A stretch of DNA of 11,103 bases from an archaeon (GTDB lineage Archaea > Iainarchaeota > Iainarchaeia > Iainarchaeales > 1-14-0-10-31-34): positions 1 through 11,103 of the forward strand of contig JBDRIL010000023.1 of assembly GCA_043815885.1 (NCBI GenBank). The letters run 5' to 3'. Below the pieces are notes generated by a model. That model made no database searches, was not told the origin of the DNA, and worked only from the letters and a program-made list of their open reading frames with translations. This document shows positions 1 through 7,697 of this stretch, piece after piece (position 1 is the stretch's first letter; each line of letters opens with the position of its first letter). Made by a program: the position numbers and the translations under genes.

Positions 1-189
1 TATTTCTTTCAGGAAGCCAAACTCCCTGTCCCACAAGACAGAGATTCCTGCAAACATTGAGCTAAAGAGCATGCTCATTCCAATTATTCCCGGAACAAGA
101 AAAGTAATGTAATCAACTTCCTTTGACAGGCCAGGGATAGGCATGTTATTGAGGCCAAAACCAAGAAAAACGAGAAAGAATAAAGGCAT
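1..189 (-). CDS. ABC-2 type exporter permease (DrrB-like); N-terminus apparently truncated, runs off the window edge
   Basis: Manual translation from ATG at 189: MPLFFLVFLGFGLNNMPIPGLSKEVDYITFLVPGIIGMSMLFSSMFAGISVLWDREFGFLKEI. Hydrophobic segments and the DY..FL.PG and WDREFGFLKE motifs match ABC-2 permeases. Not in the ORF track. An in-frame TAA lies 5 codons upstream of the ATG. Confidence 0.85.
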   Translation of the reverse strand, partial: MPLFFLVFLGFGLNNMPIPGLSKEVDYITFLVPGIIGMSMLFSSMFAGISVLWDREFGFLKEI

Positions 190-907
190 TGCAGTCCTGA
201 TTTACTTCCAGTGAAACAATGTCTCCTCCAAGCAAATCCTTTAATTGCTTTGGCTTATCCAATGCAACTATCTTTCCTTTATCAATGATGGCAATCCTGT
301 CACACAAATAATCTGCCTCATCCATGTAATGCGTTGTAAGAATTATGGTTACATTTCCTTCCTTATTCAGTTTCTTAATGTAGTCCCATACATGCCTTCT
401 TGTTTGGGTGTCCAAACCTAAAGTTGGTTCATCCAGAAACAATACTTTTGGTCTGTGGATAAGGCCTCTCGCAATCTCAAGCCTTCTCTTCATTCCACCG
501 GAATACTTTTCAACCAGTAATCCTGCTTTATCAGTTAATTCAACTAATTCAAGGACTTCATTGATTCGTTTTTTGAATTCGTCCTTTTTCATTCCATACA
601 TCATTGCATGGAATTCAAGGTTTTCTTTTCCGCTTAACTTGCCATCAAGAGCTGGTTCCTGGAAGACAATTCCAATGCTTCTCCTTACGTCATTCCTGTT
701 CTTCAATACATTAAATCCAGCTACTACTGCTTTTCCTGAAGTAGGGGCAAGGATAGTGGAAAGCATATTGATTGTAGTGGTTTTTCCTGCTCCATTCGGC
801 CCCAATAAACCAAATAGCTCTCCTTCTTCAACAAAAAAAGAAATGTTATCTACCGCAGTAAAGCCATTGAATTTTTTGGTTAGTCCTTCAATCTCTATTG
901 CATTCAT
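146..907 (-). CDS. ABC transporter ATP-binding subunit (DrrA-like), probably C-terminally truncated
   Basis: Walker A GPNGAGKTT, Q-loop VFQE, signature YSGGMKRR, Walker B LFLDEPT, H-loop TTHYM. The last ~14 residues are an out-of-frame reading of the permease start. Confidence 0.92.
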   Translation of the reverse strand: MNAIEIEGLTKKFNGFTAVDNISFFVEEGELFGLLGPNGAGKTTTINMLSTILAPTSGKAVVAGFNVLKNRNDVRRSIGIVFQEPALDGKLSGKENLEFHAMMYGMKKDEFKKRINEVLELVELTDKAGLLVEKYSGGMKRRLEIARGLIHRPKVLFLDEPTLGLDTQTRRHVWDYIKKLNKEGNVTIILTTHYMDEADYLCDRIAIIDKGKIVALDKPKQLKDLLGGDIVSLEVNQDCNAFILSRFSWFWPQ

Positions 908-932
908 TTAAATCAGGAAAAAATTATTTTAT

Positions 933-2186
933 TTAGGTTCCTTCTTCCCAAGAGGCAAGGTATTTCTTTTGTTTTTCTGTTAGTTCATCGATTTTTATTT
1001 CCATTGTCTTTAGTTTTAATGCAGAGATTTTCTCGTCTATTTCTTCAGGGACAGAGTAAACCTTTTTCTCCAGCTTTCCCTTGTTTTTTGCAACGTATTC
1101 AGCACAAAGGGATTGGTTAGCGAAACTCATATCCATCACTGTCGGGGGATGGCCTTCTGCTGCAACCAAGTTAATCAGCCTTCCCTCTCCCAAGAGGAAA
1201 ATTCTTTTTCCATCTTTTAGAATGTATTCTTCCACGAATTCCTTTATTCTCTTTTTTGATTTGCTTAAGGCTTCAAGTTCAGGGATATTTATTTCTACAT
1301 TGAAGTGCCCTGAATTAGCTATAACGCATTTGTCTTTCATTGCCTCAAAGTCTTTTTTGGTTAAAACATCAATGTCTCCGGTCATTGTAACAATTAAATC
1401 TGCATTCTTTGCTGCTTCATCCATTTTCATTACCCTGAACCCGTCCATTAGTGCTTCCAGTGCCTTCAATGGGTTTACTTCTGTTACAATTACGTTTGCC
1501 CCCATTCCCTTTGCTTTTAAAGCAAAACCTCTTCCGCACCATCCATAGCCTGCAACTACTACTACTTTTCCTGCAAATAAAATATTTGTTGCTCGGAGAA
1601 TTCCGTCTATAGTGCTTTGGCCTGTTCCATACCTGTTGTCGAACATGAATTTAGTGTGGGCGTTATTAACTGCAATTATGGGGTACTTTAATACCTTGTC
1701 TTTTTCCATTGCTTTAAAGCGGATTACTCCTGTGGTGGTTTCTTCTGTTCCGCCCCAAATTTCTTCAAAGCAGTCCTTTCTTTTGGAGTGAATTGTTGAA
1801 ACCAAATCTCCTCCGTCATCCATTGTAATGTTTGGCTTTTTGTCCAATACAGAGTTAATGTGGGAGTAATATTTTTCGTTGTCTTCTCCGTTTACTGCAA
1901 ACACCTCTATCCCGTAATCTTTTACCAGAGAAGCTGCAACGTCGTCCTGAGTGCTTAATGGATTTGAGGCACATAAATAGGCTTCTGCCCCTCCTGCCTT
2001 TAGTGTCCGCATTAAGTTAGCGGTTTCTGCTGTTACGTGCAGGCAGGCAGCAATCCTTACTCCTTTCAAGGGCTTTTCTTTTTCAAATCTCTGCCTAATG
2101 CTTTCCACTACTGGCATCTGGCCATCGCTCCATTCAATTCTCTGTTTTCCTTTTTCGCTTAACTTTAAATCCTTTACGTCAGACAT
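933..2186 (-). CDS. ahcY: S-adenosyl-L-homocysteine hydrolase (adenosylhomocysteinase)
   Basis: Motifs CLHVTAETA, SNPLSTQD, DDGGD, EETTTG, KFMFDNRYGTGQS, GYGWCGRG, GHF, GRLINL..AEGHP..VMDMSF. GGGAGG RBS at 2195-2200 on the minus strand. Confidence 0.98.
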   Translation of the reverse strand: MSDVKDLKLSEKGKQRIEWSDGQMPVVESIRQRFEKEKPLKGVRIAACLHVTAETANLMRTLKAGGAEAYLCASNPLSTQDDVAASLVKDYGIEVFAVNGEDNEKYYSHINSVLDKKPNITMDDGGDLVSTIHSKRKDCFEEIWGGTEETTTGVIRFKAMEKDKVLKYPIIAVNNAHTKFMFDNRYGTGQSTIDGILRATNILFAGKVVVVAGYGWCGRGFALKAKGMGANVIVTEVNPLKALEALMDGFRVMKMDEAAKNADLIVTMTGDIDVLTKKDFEAMKDKCVIANSGHFNVEINIPELEALSKSKKRIKEFVEEYILKDGKRIFLLGEGRLINLVAAEGHPPTVMDMSFANQSLCAEYVAKNKGKLEKKVYSVPEEIDEKISALKLKTMEIKIDELTEKQKKYLASWEEGT

Positions 2187-2249
2187 TCATTTTTCCTCCC
2201 ACAAAAGAATACATATTATAAAAAGAAAAAGAATAAAATTGTTTTCTGG

Positions 2250-2963
2250 TTATGTATGGATTCCTTCCCATGGGATTTCTTCTTTTGGCCTTACAATGAT
2301 TCCTGAATCACTTATTTCATAGGGGTGAGCACTCTTTGAATGCATTGTTCCGCGCATTTTTCTTACGAAAATGGATCTGTGCGGGGGATGAAAGAATAAA
2401 GCGATTACTCCGTCTGCAACGAATTCCTCTACTCCAAAAGCGCTTAGCTTCGTTTTTTCTCCTGTTGTTTCAGTGGTGAGAACTGTAGTGCAGTCTAATT
2501 TCTTTAATCCGTCAGTAAATGCAAATAATGTTCTCCTCATTGCCGCAGCGCCCCTTATCCACATTGCCAGTGCAGTAGTGGAATCAATAACCAGTCTGGT
2601 TGCCCCCATTTTTTCAATGTATTCCTGGATAATGTTTAATTCTTCCATTACTTCGTCTTCCACGTCTGCTACTTCTTTTTCAGCTAAATTTAATTTATAT
2701 ATCTTGAATAATTCCTTGTCCTGCAACTTCTTTATGTCCCAGTTAAAGTTCTCCATGTCCCATGTAATGTTCTTTAGATTTGTTTCAAGCGTTACATACA
2801 GTCCTGGTTCATTGAATTTAGTTGCGCCTTGGTATAGGAACTGGGTTGCGAGAATGGTTTTTCCTGTTCCTGTCCCTCCTGCAATCAGTATGGAGGAACC
2901 TCTTGGAAGACCTCCCTGGATTAATTGGTCCAATCCTTCAATTCCTGTAGGGATTCTCTTCAT
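2250..2963 (-). CDS. Single-domain KaiC-like / RAD55-family ATPase (COG0467 type)
   Basis: RIPTGIEGLD start, Walker A GGTGTGKT, YVTLE, Walker B RLVIDS, EEFVADGVI, VRKMRGT. GGTGG RBS upstream. Confidence 0.92.
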   Translation of the reverse strand: MKRIPTGIEGLDQLIQGGLPRGSSILIAGGTGTGKTILATQFLYQGATKFNEPGLYVTLETNLKNITWDMENFNWDIKKLQDKELFKIYKLNLAEKEVADVEDEVMEELNIIQEYIEKMGATRLVIDSTTALAMWIRGAAAMRRTLFAFTDGLKKLDCTTVLTTETTGEKTKLSAFGVEEFVADGVIALFFHPPHRSIFVRKMRGTMHSKSAHPYEISDSGIIVRPKEEIPWEGIHT

Positions 2964-3025
2964 TAAAAACCACCAATACTAATATGTTGTAATAATTAAT
3001 AAATGTTTCTTTTTTACATTGAATA

Positions 3026-3721
3026 GTGACTGACAAAAACTACTCCTTAAACCATGAAGACTTGGTGAAACTGATTGAAGAACCGGAATGGAAGACCATT
3101 CTGCTTGAATTAGTTAATTCAGAGAAAATGGATCCATGGAACATTGATTTAGTGAATCTGGCAGACAAGTATCTGGCAAAAATTAATTCCCTTGAAGAAA
3201 GCAATTTAAGGCTTCCAGCCAATGCAATCCTTGCATCAGCAATCCTCCTGCGGGCAAAATCAAAACTATTAAAGCTTTCTTCAATTGAGGACGAAGAAGA
3301 AAAGAAAAAAGAAGCAGAGAAATTCATTGAGGAATTTGTTCCGGAATTAAACAACCCTAGAAGCATTCGTGAAGGAAGGATTTCACTGGATGAACTGGTT
3401 AACGCAATAGAAAGCATTGTAGATAAGACCAAAAAAAAGCATGAAAGAATGAGGCTGAAGAAAGAACTGGAATTCATGATTCCCTATGCAGAGGGAAACA
3501 TTGAGGAACGAATTGGAGAAGTATACAATAAAGTTTTAGAAATAAGTGACAGCCAGGGAATGGTCCTGTTCTCCAATTTAGTGGAAGAAAGAACTCCAAA
3601 AGGAATGGTCAATGTATTCATTCCATTGCTATTTCTCGCCAACCGAGGAAAACTGAATTTATTCCAGGAAGAATTCTTCGGAGAGATCTTTATTTATATG
3701 GCAAAAAACAAGGATCCCTAA
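3026..3721 (+). CDS. scpA: Segregation and condensation protein A (kleisin subunit of the SMC complex)
   Basis: MDPWNIDLV.LADKYL, A.AILASAILLR.KS, ISLDELVNA, and a C-terminal winged-helix signature FIPLLFLA..GKL.LFQEEFFGEIFI. GTG start. Confidence 0.92.
   Translation: MTDKNYSLNHEDLVKLIEEPEWKTILLELVNSEKMDPWNIDLVNLADKYLAKINSLEESNLRLPANAILASAILLRAKSKLLKLSSIEDEEEKKKEAEKFIEEFVPELNNPRSIREGRISLDELVNAIESIVDKTKKKHERMRLKKELEFMIPYAEGNIEERIGEVYNKVLEISDSQGMVLFSNLVEERTPKGMVNVFIPLLFLANRGKLNLFQEEFFGEIFIYMAKNKDP
3668..3721 (+). repeat. scpA 3'-end repeat, copy 1 (the functional gene end)
   Basis: GAAGAATTCTTCGGAGAGATCTTTATTTAT matches 7699-7728 at 25 of 30 positions; the first 14 bp are identical. Confidence 0.85.
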
Positions 3722-3732
3722 ATACTTGTAGG
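3702..3732 (+). repeat. Boundary motif B copy overlapping the scpA stop codon
   Basis: CAAAAAACAAGGATCCCTAAATACTTGTAGG aligns to 5840-5868 CAAAAAACACGCAT--CTAAATATTTGTAGG at 26 of 31 columns. Confidence 0.7.
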
Positions 3733-3761
3733 AATAAAAACACAAGTTTAATTGAAGGAGG

Positions 3762-5639
3762 CTATTCACATCCATAACACATGCATTTACATTTCTCATC
3801 TATACAAAACGGTTTATAACCTTCCTTTACAGGCGTATCATATTTTGAACAGTCGATATTTAGACAATCTTCATCTGAACTGCATTTCTTTTCCACCACC
3901 TCTATGGTGATGGTGTTGGAGGTCAACTTAGTTAAAGATTCTACCTCGTTATTTTGAGTCTTTTTAAATACTGTAAGATATAATTTTATTGTATGTTTTC
4001 CTATTGAGGAATAGATCTCATTCCAATACTGAGACCTACCCATATAATCACTACCTAACTCATAGATTTCTTTTAAACTTTCGCCAGGTGCTAAAAAGAA
4101 ATTCGTAACTTTAAGTCCATCTAACACACACCCAAAACACCCTATTGAATCTGGACCGACGGCTTTATCAATTTCAAAAGACAAACTTCCGCCAGGGATA
4201 AAACGCTCTAACATCAAAATCTTATCTTTACCTATATTCTTTACCTCATATTCTATCGTTATTTTCTCATCTGCCTCATACACTTGCTTATCTGATTTGA
4301 TGGTGAGTTGGAGAAGTTCTGCTGTTTCAGGTATTACTTCTATGTAAATATCCTTTGAATACAAGAGAATTTCAGGGGTATCTTGATAAGGAGTAATTTT
4401 ACTGTAGCCTGTCGTATCATAAACTCCTCTAATTCGATAATAACGTTTATCCAGCTCCTGCTCAAAAATGTTTGATAAATCAAAATGTCGGTATTCTATT
4501 TTACCCCAATCTTCACTCTTGCTGTTGAGATAAGCAAAAAAAGAATGTTTTTCTCCAGATTTCAAGACAATCTTATCTGGACCAACTGGAGCAACCACTG
4601 ATAAACCAATTAATCAAGTATCTGTCCTTATTACAGCCCCATTCTCTTCTAAAATCTGAAAGTAAAAAACCTTGTTGAAATCATTTTTTCCTGGAGTAAG
4701 AAGATTTAAATCTTTTTCACCAGTATTTTCTAGAGTAACTTTTATTTTGAAAGGCTCATCTCTTCTAAAAATATATACTCCCCATTCCTCCATTGCAGCT
4801 CCAACAGGTTCAACAGATACTTTAAGGTTCTCAGCAATAGAAATCTCTTCTGGAATTTTTGCATTTCCAGTCGTAAATATTGATGAAGAAGCAATGAATG
4901 GAAAAGTTTCCTCTAAAGAATTAAAATCTTTTGGTTCCTTTTTGGCGTATCTGTTCTGGAATCTATAAACTCCTGGTTCTCTAATGCCAAAGGTGTAAGC
5001 TAAGCGAGCGATTAAATCAATAGAATAAATGACTTTCTTCTGAGAGTCTATCCTGTTAGCATTTGGTGGAAAGTAACAATCTAACATGATATCAGGATAC
5101 CATGTTTCCCATTCAGTACCATTCCATTTAAGAAGATTAAGAGGAAAATTACTGCAAGAAGGAATAAACCAAATGTCTGTATCCAAATTATTCTTTATTG
5201 TTACCGTAACGTTAATGTCTTCTCCAATATCATAGTTTGTTTTATCAGTAGAAATGGTTAATGCTTCCTCTTTGGTTTTTGTCTTGATACAGTTATTGTT
5301 AATACATTTGCAGGTGTATTGGTCCCAGTCGGCTCCGGCGCAAGCTTCACATGCAGCGAGGAATGGCGGCCTATTTGAGGGATCAGGATATGCATCCTCA
5401 AGCAATTTATTCATTCTGCGTTTAGCTTCATTCTTGTTAATGCACACCCATTCCTTGTCGGCATAATAGCAGGAAGGGCATGGACTGTCCACGCTAAGAC
5501 CAGTATAAAAGAACTCACAATCAGAATCACTTAAACACTCTTGAGGTGTTTTTTCTGGTTCAACTTTTTCTTCAATGCATCCACTAAATAAAATTATTCC
5601 AATCAAGCAAATTAATGCAATTAATATCTTTTGATTCAT
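3762..5639 (-). pseudogene. Cys-rich multi-domain surface lipoprotein (625 codons) interrupted by one in-frame TGA at 4614-4616
   Basis: ORFs 4614..5639 and 3762..4598 share a frame, separated by TGA plus TTA ATT GGT TTA TCA. Lipoprotein-like signal MNQKILIALICLIGIILFSGC. CxSDxDC Cys-rich modules near both ends and three beta-rich Ig-like repeats; the stop falls inside the second. Confidence 0.75.
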
Positions 5640-5765
5640 TATAATAATAAAAAGTCCTTTTTTGTTAATATTCCTTTCGTTTTTGAATCAATTAAAACTA
5701 ATTCAGTCCAGTATCAAAACAATATCGAAAACGATTTGTATTCCAAAAAGCTACAAAACACCCCG

Positions 5766-5813
5766 TTCTTCGGCGAAATATTTGTTTACATTAAAGAAAA
5801 AAATGATTCTTAA
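5766..5813 (+). repeat. scpA 3'-end repeat, copy 2 (reads FFGEIFVYIKEKNDS*)
   Basis: 5766-5809 matches 7705-7748 at 43 of 44 positions and translates to a homolog of the ScpA C-terminus. Confidence 0.92.
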
Positions 5814-5835
5814 AAAAACAGAACTTTTTATTACC

Positions 5836-5868
5836 CCTACAAAAAACACGCATCTAAATATTTGTAGG
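5836..5868. repeat. Palindromic boundary motif B, full copy (8-bp inverted arms, 17-nt spacer)
   Basis: CCTACAAA-N17-TTTGTAGG is a perfect inverted repeat. Related sequences occur at 3702-3732, 5751-5761, 6616-6648 and 7679-7698. Confidence 0.7.
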
Positions 5869-5900
5869 TCTAAATGAGAAGACAAAAAAAATTTCAGATG

Positions 5901-5942
5901 CAGAAACATTTAAATAAACTTACGCGTATATACTGGTATATT
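5901..5942 (+). promoter_or_regulatory. Putative archaeal promoter (BRE + TATA) with a palindromic operator candidate
   Basis: CAGAAA at 5901-5906, TTTAAATA at 5909-5916 and palindrome ATATAC-TG-GTATAT at 5928-5941, just before ATG 5943. Confidence 0.55.
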
Positions 5943-6161
5943 ATGGGAAGTTACAGTAAATGCAAATTTCGTCCTTCAAAGCATGCAAAAGACAAAATGA
6001 TTGAAACAGGCTTATCTAAGTTAGAGATCCTGGATGCAATCTTGAGGGGGGCAAAGAGAACCTTTGAAAACAAAATATTATCGGCATTCAAGGGATTTGA
6101 AGTCATTTACAGGCAGTTTCCCTGTAATTATTTTATTATTACTGTGTATTGGAAGAAATAG
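5943..6161 (+). CDS. DUF4258-like putative toxin (RelE/BrnT-like RNase fold), 72 aa
   Basis: SKHAKDKM, I.DAIL.G and C-terminal IITVY are typical of DUF4258. Start moved from 5874 to ATG 5943 because of the TATA box position and family length. Confidence 0.7.
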   Translation: MGSYSKCKFRPSKHAKDKMIETGLSKLEILDAILRGAKRTFENKILSAFKGFEVIYRQFPCNYFIITVYWKK

Positions 6162-6172
6162 GTGATGAAGAA

Positions 6173-6496
6173 ATGAATTGCCCTATATGTAATGAAAAAA
6201 TGAAAAAAACAAAGGAGCCGTATTTCTTTGGAGACATCAAACTAGGAGAATTTGAGGCAGAAAAATGCACTAAGTGCAAGGAAGTTTTTTTCACAGAGCA
6301 CGCATCTGACAAGATTGATGCAAAGGCAAAGGAACTTGGTTTATGGGGAATCGGCAAAGAAGGAACGCTTGGTTATAGTGGAAACAGCATAATAGTAAGG
6401 GTTCCAAAAAAGATAGCTCAATTCCTGAAATTCAAGGAAGGAAAAAAAGTATTCATTCATCCAGAAGGAAAGAAAAAACTAGTTGTAGAAGCATGA
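6173..6496 (+). CDS. Putative antitoxin: YgiT/MqsA-type zinc finger fused to an AbrB/MazE-like DNA-binding domain, 107 aa
   Basis: MNCPIC...CTKCKEVFF zinc ribbon; C-terminal GNSIIVRVPKKIAQFLKFKEGKKV AbrB signature. AGGTGA RBS at 6160-6165 supports ATG 6173. Confidence 0.8.
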   Translation: MNCPICNEKMKKTKEPYFFGDIKLGEFEAEKCTKCKEVFFTEHASDKIDAKAKELGLWGIGKEGTLGYSGNSIIVRVPKKIAQFLKFKEGKKVFIHPEGKKKLVVEA

Positions 6497-6523
6497 AAAC
6501 TTTATTAGATTAAAGAAAAAAAT
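6495..6523 (+). repeat. Degraded scpA 3'-end repeat
   Basis: GAAAACTTTATT-AGATTAAAGAAAAAAAT vs 5775-5804 GAAATATTTGTTTACATTAAAGAAAAAAAT: 25 of 30 columns, the last 15 identical. AT-rich, so less certain. Confidence 0.5.
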
Positions 6524-6615
6524 TAAGAGGGGAAATTATGAGAAGATCAATCCGAATAACAAAAAAAATTTATGGAAAACAAAATAGATTAAACAGGGGC
6601 TCTCAAGGAATTTTT

Positions 6616-6648
6616 ATTACAATGAACACCTGTATTTTATATTGTAAA
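6616..6648. repeat. Palindromic boundary motif B, diverged full copy
   Basis: TTACAAT-N17-ATTGTAA has the same spacer length, and AACAC at the same offset, as 5836-5868. Confidence 0.55.
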
Positions 6649-6666
6649 TAAAAACCTATCGTTATA

Positions 6667-6696
6667 TTTAAAAATACACTTGTATAATGTATTGGT
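6667..6696 (+). promoter_or_regulatory. Putative TATA box and palindromic operator of the MNT-HEPN operon
   Basis: TTTAAAAA at 6667-6674, about 25-30 nt before ATG 6697; ATACA-CT-TGTAT at 6674-6685. Confidence 0.5.
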
Positions 6697-7245
6697 ATGC
6701 TGGAAAAGTATGCTTTGATTAAGGCAATTCAAGTTCTGACATCCAGTCCTAGAACAAGTTTTTCTGTTAGGGGCTTGGCTAAAAAGGCAGCCCTTAGCCC
6801 GGGCGCAGCAAGAATTTCATTGGATTACATGCATAAGAAAGGCATTGTTTCACTGAAGGTAATTGGAAAAACATACCAGTACAAAGCTGACTTGGAAAAC
6901 CCGTTATGCAGGCAATGGAAAACCCTGTTTAATTTGGATAAAATTATTGACTCAAAACTTATCGAGCAAACCGTGAAAAAGATTCCGCAAATAATTTCTA
7001 TCCTGCTGTATGGCAGTTTTGCAAAGGGAACAAATGACGAAAAAAGCGACATTGACTTGCTGGTAATTTCCAGCCAAAAGAACAAAGCCGATTTTGATTT
7101 TGCAAAAAAGCTTGGCAAGGAAGTTAATATTTCGATTTTTTCCCTGCCAGAGTGGAAAAAAAAGGCAATTACTGACAAAGTCTTTTATGAAAATGTCATT
7201 TATGACTCTATTGCCTTATTTGGAGAAAAACCAGTGGTTACATGA
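6697..7245 (+). CDS. Minimal nucleotidyltransferase (MNT) antitoxin with an N-terminal winged HTH
   Basis: GSFAKGTNDEKSDIDLLVI fits the GSx10DxD motif. N-terminal SVRGLAKKAALSPGAARISLDYMHKKGIV is wHTH-like. Confidence 0.88.
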   Translation: MLEKYALIKAIQVLTSSPRTSFSVRGLAKKAALSPGAARISLDYMHKKGIVSLKVIGKTYQYKADLENPLCRQWKTLFNLDKIIDSKLIEQTVKKIPQIISILLYGSFAKGTNDEKSDIDLLVISSQKNKADFDFAKKLGKEVNISIFSLPEWKKKAITDKVFYENVIYDSIALFGEKPVVT

Positions 7246-7697
7246 ACATTGAAGAATGCATAGAACAGGGCCTGCTGGTTGAATCAAAGCCAGACCTTGA
7301 GAAGGCAGAATCCTCAGTTGAGATGGCCCAGCATAAACTGGAAATTGCTGAAACCGAATTTAAATACAAGCTGTTTGAAAGCGCTATCATTAGCGCTTAT
7401 GCTTCTATGTTTCATTCTGCACGCGCCCTATTGTTCAGGGATGGCTTTAAGGAAAGAAGCCACTTTGCAGTCTATGTTTATGTCAGCGAAAAATATTCCA
7501 GTAAAATCGAAAGAAAATACCTAAGCGAACTCAATTTCCTTAGGCTGCAAAGGCATGAATTAATGTATGGCCTGGGAAAACACATCAAACTTCAGAAGTC
7601 AGAAGCTGACACAACAATAAAAATAGCCAACGGCTTTCTCCAAGCAATCAAAAAAATACTGCAAGAAAAGAAAAGGGCCAAAGAAAACGGCTCCTAA
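7242..7697 (+). CDS. HEPN domain protein (UPF0332/COG1895-like), partner of the MNT
   Basis: AYASMFHSARALL...G..ERSH and R..RH...Y motifs; ATGA stop/start overlap with the MNT gene. Confidence 0.85.
   Translation: MNIEECIEQGLLVESKPDLEKAESSVEMAQHKLEIAETEFKYKLFESAIISAYASMFHSARALLFRDGFKERSHFAVYVYVSEKYSSKIERKYLSELNFLRLQRHELMYGLGKHIKLQKSEADTTIKIANGFLQAIKKILQEKKRAKENGS

Noticed and set aside
408..3477. ORFs 408..911, 1081..1548, 2098..2322, 2473..2982 and 3040..3477
   Set aside because: Antisense shadows of well-supported genes, with Ser/Phe-rich composition and no recognisable motifs.
3724..3747. ACTTGT-N12-ACAAGT hairpin as a terminator between convergent genes
   Set aside because: A 6-bp AT-rich stem is too weak to call, and it overlaps motif B.
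4614..4616. Genome-wide TGA reassignment
   Set aside because: TGA ends the antitoxin (6494-6496) and the MNT (ATGA overlap at 7242-7245) at expected lengths, and long genes contain no in-frame TGA.
5631..5877. ORFs 5631..5813 and 5662..5877 as real genes
   Set aside because: Non-ATG starts across an intergenic region. The ScpA-like end of 5631..5813 is explained by the displaced scpA repeat.
6480..6488. TAGTTGTAG as another right arm of motif B
   Set aside because: Only 8 of 9 bases match, it lies inside coding sequence, and no left arm is present at the expected distance.
6538..6651. 37-codon ORF (MRRSIRITKK...) preceded by GAGGGG
   Set aside because: No recognisable motif and it runs through the palindromic element. 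It could be a gene remnant but cannot be supported.
4672..7524. ORFs 4672..4968, 5254..5466, 6139..6357, 6825..7178 and 7279..7524
   Set aside because: Antisense or alternate-frame overlaps of better-supported genes.
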